Source: an uncultured Eubacterium sp. (GTDB lineage Bacteria; Bacillota; Clostridia; Lachnospirales; Lachnospiraceae). Taken from it: 64,000 bases of DNA. A program made the translations under genes and the position numbers. Shown here in pieces: positions 48,771-59,759 of this stretch. How positions within the stretch are numbered: position 1 is the stretch's first letter; every line of letters begins with the position of its first letter. Location of the stretch: assembly GCA_964461415.1 (NCBI GenBank), contig CAYWUE010000001.1, positions 13,841 to 77,840 of the forward strand, given 5' to 3'. The notes beneath the pieces are model-generated. The model ran no database searches, had not been told where the DNA came from, and was given only the letters and a program-made list of their open reading frames with translations.

Positions 48771-50351
48771 ATGTCTTATACAGCATTATACAGAAAATTC
48801 CGACCTTCCACATTTGAACAGGTGAAGGGACAGGAACATATAGTTCAGACATTAAAAAATCAGATTAATGCTAATCGTATAGGACACGCATATCTTTTTT
48901 GCGGAACGAGAGGAACAGGTAAGACCAGTGTGGCGAAGATTTTTGCAAAAGCGGTTAACTGTGAACACCCTATTGATGGAAGTCCATGCAATGACTGTGA
49001 AACCTGCAAGGGGATTAATAACGCAAGCGCAATGAATGTTATTGAAATAGATGCTGCTTCTAACAATGGTGTAGACAATATCAGGCAGATTCGTGATGAA
49101 ATACAGTATTCTCCATCAAGTGGAAAATATACTGTATACATTATTGACGAAGTGCATATGCTCTCCATAGGTGCTTTTAATGCCTTATTAAAGACGTTAG
49201 AGGAACCACCGGCATATGTCATTTTTATTTTGGCTACAACTGAACCACATAAGATTCCGATAACTATATTATCAAGATGTCAGCGTTACGATTTTAAGCG
49301 TATCACTATAGATACAATAGCAGATAGATTGCAAGAACTGATGGATAAGGAAGGCATTGAGGTGGAGGATAGGGCTATCAGGTATGTAGCAAAGGCTGCT
49401 GATGGTTCAATGCGTGATGCCCTTAGTTTATTAGACCAGTGTATTGCATTTTATCTAGGACAAAAATTAACATATGACAATGTGCTTGATGTTTTAGGAG
49501 CTGTGGACAATGAAGTATTTAGTCGCCTTATAAGGAGTGTAATAGATTCGGATGTAGTGACTAGTATTAATATTTTAGATGAGATTATAATGCAGGGCAG
49601 GGAGCCTGGACAATTTGTAAATGATTTTATCTGGTATTTACGAAATCTTATGCTTATAAAAACATCAGATGACAGCGAAATAATGGAAGTTATTGACGCA
49701 TCTGCAGAAAGAATAGAAGCCTTAAAGGAAGAGGCTAAGATGGTAAGTGTAGATGTGATTATGAGATATATCAGAATTCTTTCAGAACTTTCAGGACAAT
49801 TAAAATATTCATCACAAAAACGAGTTTTAATAGAAATTGCATTAATTAAGTTAGCAAAACCGGCTATGGAAAAGGATATAAGTTCCTTAAATAATAGAAT
49901 GTCTATTATAGAAAAGAAGATAGAAGACGGCAGCTTTGCTATAAATGTAAATCAAAAAAATATAGATGCAGATACTGAAAATAAGACTGTATCTGCAAAA
50001 CCTAAAAAAGTTTTTGACAAGGCAATTCCCGAGGATATTCAGTATGTAGTTGATAACTGGGGCTCAGTAAAAAGACATATTTCAAACCCTTACAAAACTT
50101 TTTTACAGGATGCAAGATTTAGTGTAAAGGGAGAAAATACATTGCTCATAGTATTTAATCCCGGCGCAATAGGATACGAAGGCTGTTCAAAGCCGGAAGT
50201 TATTGAGATGCTTAACACTTTAATAAGTGAAGAAATAAAAAAGCAGGTTAAAGTTGAAGTGACTATGCTTGAAAACAATCAGACATTTGGTGATTACTAT
50301 ATGGAGGTTGTAAGTAAAATAAATATGGACATTGATGAGGAGGATTTTTAA
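48771..50351 (+). CDS. dnaX: DNA polymerase III gamma/tau subunit
   Basis: ALYRKFRP, GTRGTGKT, EIDAAS, IDEVHML and SRC motifs. Confidence 0.96.
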   Translation: MSYTALYRKFRPSTFEQVKGQEHIVQTLKNQINANRIGHAYLFCGTRGTGKTSVAKIFAKAVNCEHPIDGSPCNDCETCKGINNASAMNVIEIDAASNNGVDNIRQIRDEIQYSPSSGKYTVYIIDEVHMLSIGAFNALLKTLEEPPAYVIFILATTEPHKIPITILSRCQRYDFKRITIDTIADRLQELMDKEGIEVEDRAIRYVAKAADGSMRDALSLLDQCIAFYLGQKLTYDNVLDVLGAVDNEVFSRLIRSVIDSDVVTSINILDEIIMQGREPGQFVNDFIWYLRNLMLIKTSDDSEIMEVIDASAERIEALKEEAKMVSVDVIMRYIRILSELSGQLKYSSQKRVLIEIALIKLAKPAMEKDISSLNNRMSIIEKKIEDGSFAINVNQKNIDADTENKTVSAKPKKVFDKAIPEDIQYVVDNWGSVKRHISNPYKTFLQDARFSVKGENTLLIVFNPGAIGYEGCSKPEVIEMLNTLISEEIKKQVKVEVTMLENNQTFGDYYMEVVSKINMDIDEEDF

Positions 50352-50352
50352 A

Positions 50353-50691
50353 ATGGCAAAACGTGGAGGATTTCCGGGAGGAATGCCTGGAAATATGAAC
50401 AATATAATGAAGCAGGCACAGAAGATGCAAAAGCAGATGGAAGAGGCACAGGCTGAATTGGAAAATTCAGAATATACAGCAACATCTGGAGGTGATGCTG
50501 TGGAAGTTACAATTTCAGGAACGAAAGAAATTACAAAGATTAAATTAGATCCAGAGGTGGTTGATCCTGATGACATTGAAATGTTAGAGGATTTAGTGAT
50601 GGCTGCAGTAAATGAAGCTATTAGAAAAATGGATGAAATGTCAACACAGAAAATGTCGAAAATCACAGGTGGTTTAGGTGGACTTTTCTAG
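50353..50691 (+). CDS. ebfC: YbaB/EbfC nucleoid-associated protein
   Basis: MKQAQKMQ...[17 protein letters not shown]; located between dnaX and recR. Confidence 0.92.
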   Translation: MAKRGGFPGGMPGNMNNIMKQAQKMQKQMEEAQAELENSEYTATSGGDAVEVTISGTKEITKIKLDPEVVDPDDIEMLEDLVMAAVNEAIRKMDEMSTQKMSKITGGLGGLF

Positions 50692-50705
50692 AAAGAGGTA
50701 AGCTG

Positions 50706-51302
50706 GTGGATTACTACAGTGGTTATATAACAAAATTAATAGAGGAATTGTCAGGATTGCCTGGAATTGGGCCTAAAACAGCAGGCAGGCTGGCTTTTCA
50801 TATTCTAGATATGCCAAAGGAACGTGTAGAAAGTCTGGCAACATCTATGGTCGATGCGAAAAATAATGTGAAGTATTGTAAATGCTGTTATACTCTTACA
50901 GACCAGGAAGTCTGTCCGATATGCAGCAGCAGGGAACGAGACCATAAGACAATAATGGTTGTGGAAACTACCAAGGATATGGCAGCCTATGAAAAAGTAG
51001 GAGAATACAAAGGAGTTTATCATATTCTTCATGGAGCAATTAATCCGATGGCAGGAATAGGTCAGAATGATATAAAGCTAAAGGAATTGTTTGAACGCTT
51101 GAAGGATGATGTGGACGAAGTTATCATTGCCACAAATTCTAGCGTTGAGGGAGAGGCTACAGCTATGTATATTACTAAGGTAATAAAGCCATTAGGAATA
51201 AAAGTTACAAGAATAGCAAGCGGTGTTCCGGTAGGTGGAGACCTAGAATATGTAGATAACGTTACATTGCTTAGAGCTCTTCAGGGAAGAGTTATAGTTT
51301 AG
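50706..51302 (+). CDS. recR: Recombination mediator RecR
   Basis: LPGIGPKTA HhH, C4 zinc finger, Toprim EGEATA and RIASGVPVG. Confidence 0.95.
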   Translation: MDYYSGYITKLIEELSGLPGIGPKTAGRLAFHILDMPKERVESLATSMVDAKNNVKYCKCCYTLTDQEVCPICSSRERDHKTIMVVETTKDMAAYEKVGEYKGVYHILHGAINPMAGIGQNDIKLKELFERLKDDVDEVIIATNSSVEGEATAMYITKVIKPLGIKVTRIASGVPVGGDLEYVDNVTLLRALQGRVIV

Positions 51303-51328
51303 AATTGACGAAGGAATGAGGAAGTCAA

Positions 51329-54259
51329 ATGGACAAGAGCGAGCAGAACCTAAAAATAGAGGAATTGAAAAATGCAATGCATGCTCATGATTTTGAAAAA
51401 GCAGTTGACATTGCAGAGTCATTAGAAATAAAGAAAATAAGAGACAACAATTTTTTAAGTCTTGTTGCGGATGCTTATGAATTGACAGGTGATTACAAAC
51501 AGGCAAAAAAAATATTGCTGATGGCTTATGAAAATACAAATACCGGAAGACAGTTAGCTTATAGATTGTGCTTAGTTTCAGTTAAGTTAAAAGAATTTGA
51601 TGAGGCAAATGAGTTTTATCAGGACTTTATTGAAATGGCACCAAGAGATACAGCAAGATATATTTTGAAATATAAAATGGCAAAAGCTAAAGATAAGCCG
51701 GTTGAAAATTTAATCAAGATTCTTGAAGAATATGTTAATATTGATATGGAAGAAAAATGGGCTTATGAACTTGCAAAGTTGTATAGCATTGCGGGAGAAA
51801 ATGAGAAATGCATAAATATGTGTAATGAAATAAGCCTATGGTTTGCTCAGGGAAAATATGTTTCAAAAGCAGCGGATTTGAAGAAAAAATATAGTGATAC
51901 TAATTTTGGCTCAAATGATGATGAAAAGATAAAAGAGAATGAAGTTTCAGAAATGGAATTTATGGACAAAATCATTGATAAAACGCCTGCCAAGACAAAA
52001 ACATACTTGTGGAATGAAGGAAAAGAGCTTTCAGAGGAATTAAAAATCAATTTAGAAAACGAATTAATTGATGAAGTGATTTCGGATGAAATTGATGCTT
52101 TTGATGTAGATGAGGCAGATGATAAATTAAATGATGATAAAAAAAATATCAGTCAAAGTATAATGACACATCCACAGGAAGTTGAGGAAATTACAATTCC
52201 GGGAATCAGTGATGCTAAACCTGAACAGGAAGAAAAATCTATGTCAGATGAAAAAATATCAGATGAGACAAATGAAAAGTTAGAAGTTGATTATAAAAAT
52301 TTCTTAGAAAAATCAGAGAATGATATAATATTTGAAAATGAATCTTTGAATACGCTTGAAATAGCTAATACAAATAAAGAAGTTTCAAATGAAGCAAAAG
52401 ATGAAAACATATTAAACATAGATGATGTGAAAGATATCTTACAGCAACTTCAAGCAAGGGGAATCCTTGCAGCAGATACTGTAGATAGTGCAGTAAGCAT
52501 AATTGAGAATGTAAGAGAAAATAAGAAAGAAACAAAAGAGAAAAAAGAGAAGAATATAAGTACTCTTGACAGATGGAATGAAGATAATGTCGAGGTTATA
52601 CCTTCTGTGGCAGCAGAAACTGAAAAAGAAGAGACAAATATAAAATCTGATATAACTCATGAAGAAAAAAAGAAAGAAGAAAGTCCGAAAGAAAACGACG
52701 AGAATGTTGATGATATAGTTCTAAACGACGAAATATCAGACATTAAGGATAGCACAACAGAAATCAACCGAGAAGAAATATCGGAAGAAAATGTTGAATA
52801 TATTAAAGAAATGGTTGAGGAAGAGGTAGTTGAAGAAATAGTATCTGATGAGGAAGTATCAGATACAAAGGATAGCACAACAGAAATCAATCTAGATGAG
52901 ATATCAGAAGATAAGGTAGAATTTAAAAATATTGACTTGGAATTAGAAGTTCCTAAGGATATTATTCCTGAACTTGATTTAGAGGTAGACCTTGCGACAC
53001 CGATAGCGTTAGATATGCCAGAAGCTGAGATTTATTCGGATTTGAAAGATGATGAGATAGTTGAAGCTGAGATATCTGAAAATGAAGATATACGGTCAGA
53101 CGAAAATAGATGCGACGATGTTGTAGAAAATGAAAATATAGACGATATTGTTAATAATGAAAGCACAGAAAATGAAAATATAGACGGTGCTGTGAATGAT
53201 AAAAGTACAGAAAATGAAAAATCTGATGATATAATCATTGATAGCATTGGTGAAAGTGATAACTTAGATGCTGTGCAGGATGAGCAGACATTAAGTCTTG
53301 ACTCAATTAAGGATTTGAGTGTAAAGGTAGAAGTTATTTCAGGAACAGACTGGGAACAGCCGGCATTTGATGACGCAGAAAAATCTGATGATGAAGAAAT
53401 TGAAGAAGAACAGGAAGAAGAGTCATTAGAAAGAACAAGTGAAGGAGAATTAGTTAATATTATTTTAAACAATGCTAACAGAGAAATCCCCGAACCTGAA
53501 CTTGTAGTTACTGATGAAGAATTAAATGTTTTCAAGAATTTCTTTAATGTTGAAGGATTAGAAGATAATATTCAGGAAGTAGTAAGAAATCTTATTGCAG
53601 AATATAATCCTAATGGAAAGTCTACAGATGGAAATGTTGTTATCCTTACAGATGAGAAGACGGAAAAAACTTCATTGGCTGTTGAAATTATAAAATTAAT
53701 CAATAAGAAACGTGGAAGACGTAACAGACGACTAGCAAAAATTGATGCATCAGCGCTTAACAAACGAGGATTTAGAAATTCACTTAATAAATTGCTTGGA
53801 AGCGACTTAATTGTTGAAAATGCGGAAAAATTAGGCGCGATGACATTAAGTGAAGTGGTAGATGTTTCTGGAATGTTTACAGATGATATGCTCATCATTC
53901 TTGAAGGAAAGACAGAACAGATGGAAAAAATCTTAAGAGAATCACCACGTTTGTCTCAGCTATTTAACCACATTATTCGTATAAAGAAATTTGATATAAA
54001 GGAATGGGTTGAATACGGAAAACGTTATGCAAATGAGCAGGGATTTGCAATGGATGAATTGGCAAGTCTTGCATTTTATAAGGCTGTTGACGATTATTTT
54101 GGAGAAAACAAAAAAATCGGAAAAGTGGAGGTTGAACAGCTTGTGGACAATGCAATATTAAAGTCCAAGAAGTTTGGCAGAAAAATTTCAGGGTTATTCT
54201 CATCAAAGAAAAATGATGAAGGATTATATATTTTAAAAGAATCAGACTTTATTTTTTAA
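51329..54259 (+). CDS. Hypothetical protein: N-terminal TPR, long acidic disordered linker, C-terminal degenerate AAA+-like domain
   Basis: TPR-like helices at about aa 10-190; very D/E-rich middle; C-terminal GNVVILTDEKTEKTSLA (broken Walker A) and LIVENA. Confidence 0.7.
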   Translation: MDKSEQNLKIEELKNAMHAHDFEKAVDIAESLEIKKIRDNNFLSLVADAYELTGDYKQAKKILLMAYENTNTGRQLAYRLCLVSVKLKEFDEANEFYQDFIEMAPRDTARYILKYKMAKAKDKPVENLIKILEEYVNIDMEEKWAYELAKLYSIAGENEKCINMCNEISLWFAQGKYVSKAADLKKKYSDTNFGSNDDEKIKENEVSEMEFMDKIIDKTPAKTKTYLWNEGKELSEELKINLENELIDEVISDEIDAFDVDEADDKLNDDKKNISQSIMTHPQEVEEITIPGISDAKPEQEEKSMSDEKISDETNEKLEVDYKNFLEKSENDIIFENESLNTLEIANTNKEVSNEAKDENILNIDDVKDILQQLQARGILAADTVDSAVSIIENVRENKKETKEKKEKNISTLDRWNEDNVEVIPSVAAETEKEETNIKSDITHEEKKKEESPKENDENVDDIVLNDEISDIKDSTTEINREEISEENVEYIKEMVEEEVVEEIVSDEEVSDTKDSTTEINLDEISEDKVEFKNIDLELEVPKDIIPELDLEVDLATPIALDMPEAEIYSDLKDDEIVEAEISENEDIRSDENRCDDVVENENIDDIVNNESTENENIDGAVNDKSTENEKSDDIIIDSIGESDNLDAVQDEQTLSLDSIKDLSVKVEVISGTDWEQPAFDDAEKSDDEEIEEEQEEESLERTSEGELVNIILNNANREIPEPELVVTDEELNVFKNFFNVEGLEDNIQEVVRNLIAEYNPNGKSTDGNVVILTDEKTEKTSLAVEIIKLINKKRGRRNRRLAKIDASALNKRGFRNSLNKLLGSDLIVENAEKLGAMTLSEVVDVSGMFTDDMLIILEGKTEQMEKILRESPRLSQLFNHIIRIKKFDIKEWVEYGKRYANEQGFAMDELASLAFYKAVDDYFGENKKIGKVEVEQLVDNAILKSKKFGRKISGLFSSKKNDEGLYILKESDFIF
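52730..52913 (+). repeat. Internal duplicated segment (about 60 bp, offset 123 bp) in the acidic linker
   Basis: Identical core AAGGATAGCACAACAGAAATCAA at 52745 and 52868. Confidence 0.75.
53126..53230 (+). repeat. 42-bp tandem repeat (about 2.5 copies)
   Basis: GAAAATGAAAA at 53126, 53168 and 53210 (ENENID... units). Confidence 0.75.
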
Positions 54260-54278
54260 CACAGGAAAGGATGTAAAA

Positions 54279-55115
54279 ATGGAAAATTTACAACTTGCAA
54301 AAATTGCAAACCAGGTACGTAAAGACATTGTGACAGGAGTTTACAGTGCAAAATCAGGACATCCGGGTGGCTCTCTTTCAGCAGCAGATATGATGACATT
54401 TTTGTATTTTGAAGAGATGAATGTATCACCTGAGAAAGCAAAAGCTCCTAACAGAGACAGATTTGTATTGTCTAAGGGTCATGTTGCACCGGCACTTTAT
54501 AGTGTGTTGGCAGAAAAAGGATACTTTGAAAGAGAAGATATCAAAACATTAAGAAAACCTACATCATACCTTCAGGGACACCCTGATATGAAGAAAATCC
54601 CGGGAGTGGATATGTCTTCGGGTTCATTAGGACAGGGAATATCAGCAGCAGTTGGCATGGCATTGGCTGGAAAAATGGACAATGCAGATTATAGAGTTTA
54701 TACAATGTTAGGTGATGGAGAAAGTGAAGAAGGTCAGGTATGGGAGGCGTCAATGCTTGCCGGATTCAAGAAATTAGACAATCTTGTTGTTATTGTAGAT
54801 AATAATAATCTTCAGATCGACGGTTCAATTGATGAAGTATGTTCACCATATCCATTTGATAAAAAATTCGAAGCATTCAATTTCCATGTAATTACAATAG
54901 ACGGACACAATTTTGATGAAATAAGAAGTGCATTAAATGAAGCAAAAGCAACAAAGGGAATGCCTACAGCAATTATTATGAAAACTGTAAAAGGTAAGGG
55001 TGTTTCATTTATGGAAAATCAGGTATCATGGCATGGTTCAGCACCTAATGAAGAACAGTATAATATTGCAATGGAAGAATTAGAGAAAGCAGGTGAAGCA
55101 TTATGTCAGAAGTAA
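54279..55115 (+). CDS. Transketolase, N-terminal subunit
   Basis: SGHPGGSLS, LSKGH and GDGESEEG TPP motif. Confidence 0.93.
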   Translation: MENLQLAKIANQVRKDIVTGVYSAKSGHPGGSLSAADMMTFLYFEEMNVSPEKAKAPNRDRFVLSKGHVAPALYSVLAEKGYFEREDIKTLRKPTSYLQGHPDMKKIPGVDMSSGSLGQGISAAVGMALAGKMDNADYRVYTMLGDGESEEGQVWEASMLAGFKKLDNLVVIVDNNNLQIDGSIDEVCSPYPFDKKFEAFNFHVITIDGHNFDEIRSALNEAKATKGMPTAIIMKTVKGKGVSFMENQVSWHGSAPNEEQYNIAMEELEKAGEALCQK

Positions 55116-56041
55116 AGAAAATTGCAACAAGAGAAAGCTACGGTAATGCTTTAGTAGAATTGGGAAAAGAACATGATAATCTTGTTGTATTGGATGCAGA
55201 CCTTGCAGCAGCAACAAAATCAGGAAAATTCAAAACTGCATTTCCTGAAAGATTTATAGACTGTGGTATTGCAGAAGCAAATATGGTTGGCGTGGCAGCA
55301 GGTATGGCTACATGCGGAAAAGTACCTTTTGCAAGTACATTTGCCATGTTTGTGGCAGGACGTGCATTTGACCAGGTTAGAAATACAGTAGGATATCCTC
55401 ATCTCAATGTTAAAATTGGAGCAACTCATGCAGGAATTTCAGTTGGTGAAGATGGTGCAACACATCAGTGCAATGAGGACATTGCATTAATGCGTACAAT
55501 TCCAGGAATGACAATTATTAATCCATGTGATGATATTGAAGCTAAGGCAGCGGTTAAGGCAGCATATGAAATGGAAGGACCTGTATATTTAAGATTTGGT
55601 CGTCTTGCAACACCTATTATTAATAACGAAGATTATAAGTTCGAAATAGGAAAAGGTGTCAAAATGAAAGAAGGCAGTGATGTTACAATTGTGGCAACAG
55701 GTCTTATGGTTGCAGCATCATTAGAAGCGGCAAAAATGCTTGAAGCAGACGGAATTAATGCTGAAGTAATCAATATTCATACGATCAAACCTTTAGATGA
55801 AGACATTATTGTAGAGTCAGCAAAGAAAACAGGTAAGGTTGTAACTGTTGAGGAACATTCGGTTATCGGTGGTTTAGGCAGTGCAGTATGTGACTGCCTA
55901 TGTGAAAAATATCCTGTAAATGTAACAAAAATCGGTGTTAATGATGTTTATGGACATTCAGGACCAGCAGTAGAATTGTTAAAAGAATTTGGACTTGATG
56001 CAGAAGGTATATACAATAAAGTTAAAAAAGTTATAGCATAG
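55103..56041 (+). CDS. Transketolase, C-terminal subunit
   Basis: GIAEANMVG, GEDGATHQ and EEHSVIGGLG motifs. Confidence 0.93.
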   Translation: MSEVKKIATRESYGNALVELGKEHDNLVVLDADLAAATKSGKFKTAFPERFIDCGIAEANMVGVAAGMATCGKVPFASTFAMFVAGRAFDQVRNTVGYPHLNVKIGATHAGISVGEDGATHQCNEDIALMRTIPGMTIINPCDDIEAKAAVKAAYEMEGPVYLRFGRLATPIINNEDYKFEIGKGVKMKEGSDVTIVATGLMVAASLEAAKMLEADGINAEVINIHTIKPLDEDIIVESAKKTGKVVTVEEHSVIGGLGSAVCDCLCEKYPVNVTKIGVNDVYGHSGPAVELLKEFGLDAEGIYNKVKKVIA

Positions 56042-56094
56042 AAAAAGTAAATATCTTATAAAATAACATTTTTTATAAGGTATGATTACGCATA

Positions 56095-56142
56095 AGAATT
56101 GCAAGAAAGAATCTCGCCAGCGAGATTCTTTCTTGCAATTCT
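56095..56142. repeat. Perfect 23-bp inverted repeat (REP-like)
   Basis: AGAATTGCAAGAAAGAATCTCGC-CA-GCGAGATTCTTTCTTGCAATTCT, with no U tract. Confidence 0.8.
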
Positions 56143-56167
56143 GCCAGGGAATATACGGAGGAACAGA

Positions 56168-57490
56168 ATGAAGAAAGCTAATTATAAGGCATTATTGCCT
56201 ATTGGGGTTTTTCTTGTACTTTATTTAGGATTGGGAATTTTATTTGAATATGTGTTAAATATATCTATGGGATTTTATAGCATACCTATTGTTGTCGTAT
56301 TTCTTATAGCTCTGATTGTAGCATGTATACAGAATCCGAAATTGAATTTTGACAGCAAACTGGAAATTATGGCAAAAGGCGTAGGAGATAAAAACATAAT
56401 AACTATGATACTTATATTTATGGCGGCTGGAGTTTTTGTAGGAGTTGTTGGCAGAAGCGGTGCTGAAAGTGTTGCATATTTTGTTTTATCATTTGTCCCA
56501 GCAAAATTTTCAGTAATAGTACTGTTTATTGTGAGTGCATTTGTTTCTTTGGCAATGGGAACTTCAGTTGGAACAATTACACTGATAACACCAATTGCAG
56601 TTGCAGTAGCAAACAGTTCATCTTTTGGTATACCTATTTGTGTGGGAACAGTTGTTGGCGGAGCTATGTTTGGTGATAATTTGTCTTTTATATCTGATAC
56701 AACAATTGCAGCATGTAACGGTCAGGGATGTGAAATGAAAGATAAATTCAGACAAAACTTTTGGATTGCACTTCCGGCAGCCATTGCAACACTGGTTATC
56801 ATATCTGCAAAAACACTGGGAAGCAATGTGGAAGAAGCAGTTATTGGAAATTATAATTTAATACAGATTCTTCCTTATTTATTGGTGCTTTTAGGCGGTA
56901 TTATAGGAATTAATGTTTTTGTGGTTTTGTTGTTAGGGATTGTAAGTGGAATGATAATAATGCTCGCAACAGGTGCGACAGCAGCAACGGATATGTTGGC
57001 AAGTATGGGAGATGGAGCTTCCGGTATGTTTGAAACAGCAATGATAGCAATTCTTGTGGCTGCAATCTGTGCTCTAATCGAGGAATATGGTGGCTTTGAA
57101 GCGTTACTAATGTTGATTAAGAGAATATTTAAAGGAAAAAAAGGCGGACAGCTTGGTATGGGATTGTTAGTAGGTGTAATGGATATAGCTACAGCTAACA
57201 ATACAGTAGCCATAGTAATGGCAAATTCGATTGCAAGGGAAATGGCACAAGACTACAATATATCACCCCAAAAAGCAGCCTCTATACTGGATACATTTTC
57301 TTGTATTTTTCAGGGGATTATACCTTATGGAGCTCAAATGCTTGTAGCAATTTCAGTTGTTACAGAATTAGGATATAAAATCTCAGCATTTGAAATTATT
57401 CCAAATCTGTTATATCCGTTTATGTTGTTGATAAGTTCATTAATATTTATATTTGTTGTTCCTGAAAAAATAAATGGAAATGGTAAATAA
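56168..57490 (+). CDS. NhaC-family Na+/H+ antiporter / amino-acid transporter
   Basis: MGTSVGT, GAMFGDNLSFISDTT and ATANNTVAI motifs; RBS CGGAGG. Confidence 0.85.
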   Translation: MKKANYKALLPIGVFLVLYLGLGILFEYVLNISMGFYSIPIVVVFLIALIVACIQNPKLNFDSKLEIMAKGVGDKNIITMILIFMAAGVFVGVVGRSGAESVAYFVLSFVPAKFSVIVLFIVSAFVSLAMGTSVGTITLITPIAVAVANSSSFGIPICVGTVVGGAMFGDNLSFISDTTIAACNGQGCEMKDKFRQNFWIALPAAIATLVIISAKTLGSNVEEAVIGNYNLIQILPYLLVLLGGIIGINVFVVLLLGIVSGMIIMLATGATAATDMLASMGDGASGMFETAMIAILVAAICALIEEYGGFEALLMLIKRIFKGKKGGQLGMGLLVGVMDIATANNTVAIVMANSIAREMAQDYNISPQKAASILDTFSCIFQGIIPYGAQMLVAISVVTELGYKISAFEIIPNLLYPFMLLISSLIFIFVVPEKINGNGK

Positions 57491-57517
57491 AGAAATAAAA
57501 AAATTAAAAGCATGTGG

Positions 57518-58156
57518 TTAAATAACACCACATGCTTTTTTTGCTAGTATATCGGCTAAGTCATTATATTTATCACCAGAATGACCTTTTACTTTTTGGA
57601 AATTAACAGTTAATCGTTCTTTTACTTTGTTATAAAAATTTTTGTATGCAATAGTTCCTGGTTTGTTAGCTTTCCATTCTCCGGTACACCATTTTGAAAT
57701 ACCCATATAGTCGTAAAAAATTGAAAGCGAAGTGATTTCATGCTTGATAGCATATTCCATTGCGGCCATTGAACCATAGATTTCACCTGCCACATTCCTC
57801 ATAGACGCCATATCCTTGTTGTTAAAAGAATCTGATAAATGTATTTCCTCACCGTTATGGAAAAAAACAACGCCATAGCCAAATTGTTCTGTGTCAATGT
57901 TAAAACTACCATCAACATATGCTACGGCTTCAGTAGGAGAATTAGAATTGATTTTTTTACAAAAAGTATCTTGAATGATGGAGTCATTGTTTTTCGTAAA
58001 ATCAATATCTGACAAAAAAACATGTGCATCTTCAATGGTATTAAAACTTTTATATATTGCACCAGAATAACCGTCTACATTTTTTTTACATTCATCCCAG
58101 GTTTCAAAAATACCTGTTGTTTTTCCGACTTTAACTGCATAAAATTTTTTTGCCAT
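57518..58156 (-). CDS. rnhA: Ribonuclease HI with N-terminal hybrid-binding (viroplasmin) domain
   Basis: KFYAVKVGKTTGIFETWDEC...YKSF; YVDGS, NVAGE and KVKGHSGDKYNDLAD motifs. Confidence 0.92.
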   Translation of the reverse strand: MAKKFYAVKVGKTTGIFETWDECKKNVDGYSGAIYKSFNTIEDAHVFLSDIDFTKNNDSIIQDTFCKKINSNSPTEAVAYVDGSFNIDTEQFGYGVVFFHNGEEIHLSDSFNNKDMASMRNVAGEIYGSMAAMEYAIKHEITSLSIFYDYMGISKWCTGEWKANKPGTIAYKNFYNKVKERLTVNFQKVKGHSGDKYNDLADILAKKACGVI

Positions 58157-58303
58157 AGATACCTCTCCTTATTTTAATAAAAACATGTTATCTACCATAT
58201 AATTATAAAAGTATTTTATATTTTATCGGGATTAAATTCAATAGAAAGATAAATAAGAAATAAAAGATATAAAAAGAATAAAAATATCTAAAGTTTCAAT
58301 TTG

Positions 58304-58332
58304 TTGACGGCAATAGTGGGATTTGATATTAT
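58304..58332 (+). promoter_or_regulatory. glnA promoter
   Basis: TTGACG-17-TATTAT with extended TG. Confidence 0.6.
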
Positions 58333-58395
58333 TTGTACTTAGAAGGAAAGATAATTATCCATAGCTGATTTTGTTGTGAAAGAGAGGAGAGAAAA

Positions 58396-59727
58396 ATGGG
58401 ATACACCAAGCAGAAAATATTAAATATGGCGGAAACTGAGGACATAGAATTTATACGATTACAGTTTACTGACCTTTTTGGAACATTAAAAAATGTTGCG
58501 ATTACTAAGAGTCAGTTGGCTAAAGCATTAGATAACAAGATAATGTTCGACGGTTCTTCAATCGAGGGATTTGCCAGAATTGAAGAATCGGATATGTATT
58601 TATATCCGGATTATGATACATTTGAGATTCTGCCATTTAGACCGCATCAGGGCAAAGTTGCCAGAATGATTTGTGATGTGTACAAACCGGACGGTACCCA
58701 GTTAGAAAATGATCCAAGATACATATTGAAGAAGGTTTTAAAGGAAGCATCAGATATGGGGTATGAATTTAATGTTGGCCCGGAATGTGAATTTTTCCTT
58801 TTTCACACAGATGATTATGGAAATCCCACAACAATTAGTCATGAAAAGGGAAGTTATTTCGATTTAGGCCCAACGGATTTAGGAGAAAATGCACGTAGGG
58901 ATATGGTATTGAATCTAGAAGAAATGGGCTTTGAAGTGGAGGCGTCACATCATGAGGTAGCACCAGCTCAGCACGAAATAGACTTTAAATATGGTGAAGC
59001 ATTAGAAACTGCAGATAGAATAATGACATACAAGCTTACAGTAAAAACCATTGCAAAACGCCATGGCCTTTATGCATCATTTATGCCAAAACCAAAGTAT
59101 GGTATGTGTGGCTCAGGTATGCATATCAACATGTCATTGTTTAATAAAGAGGGAGAGAATATTTTTGTAGATGAAAATGACGAAAATGGTTTAAGTAAGG
59201 AGGCGTACAGCTTTATTGCCGGATTGATGAAACATATGCGTTCAATAACAGCAATAATTAATCCTATCGTAAATTCATATAAGAGATTAGTTCCGGGATA
59301 TGAGGCACCTACATATATAGCATGGTCTGCCACAAACAGAAGTCCACTTATAAGAGTGCCGGCAGCAAGAGGATTAGGAACCAGAGTAGAGCTTAGAAGT
59401 CCTGATTGCGCTACAAATCCATATCTTGCTATTGCAGTATGCTTAGCAGCAGGTCTGTATGGAATAAAAAACGGACTAAAACCCGTAGAAAGCGTACAAA
59501 GAGACATTTATTCGATGACTGATGAAGAAAGAAATGAAGCAGGCATTGAAAACCTTCCAAAAAATCTCTATGAAGCAATTGAAGAAATGAAAAAATCAAC
59601 TTTTGTAAAGGATGTTCTAGGAGAGGAAGTCTTTAGAAAATATATTAAAGCAAAAGAAGAAGAATGGATGGAATACACATCACAGGTTACAGATTGGGAG
59701 ATTGACAGATATTTGGGAAGAATCTAA
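58396..59727 (+). CDS. glnA: Type I glutamine synthetase
   Basis: [42 protein letters not shown] and RVELRSPD motifs. Confidence 0.96.
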   Translation: MGYTKQKILNMAETEDIEFIRLQFTDLFGTLKNVAITKSQLAKALDNKIMFDGSSIEGFARIEESDMYLYPDYDTFEILPFRPHQGKVARMICDVYKPDGTQLENDPRYILKKVLKEASDMGYEFNVGPECEFFLFHTDDYGNPTTISHEKGSYFDLGPTDLGENARRDMVLNLEEMGFEVEASHHEVAPAQHEIDFKYGEALETADRIMTYKLTVKTIAKRHGLYASFMPKPKYGMCGSGMHINMSLFNKEGENIFVDENDENGLSKEAYSFIAGLMKHMRSITAIINPIVNSYKRLVPGYEAPTYIAWSATNRSPLIRVPAARGLGTRVELRSPDCATNPYLAIAVCLAAGLYGIKNGLKPVESVQRDIYSMTDEERNEAGIENLPKNLYEAIEEMKKSTFVKDVLGEEVFRKYIKAKEEEWMEYTSQVTDWEIDRYLGRI

Positions 59728-59759
59728 AGAAGGATTCGTTGTAGTTCGGAGGAAAAACA

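Noticed and set aside
48771-50351. Programmed frameshift in dnaX
   Set aside because: One continuous ORF; no clear slippery heptamer plus hairpin identified.
56099-56167. N-terminal extension of the NhaC-family ORF
   Set aside because: It is a translation of the palindrome; the real start is ATG 56168 after CGGAGG.
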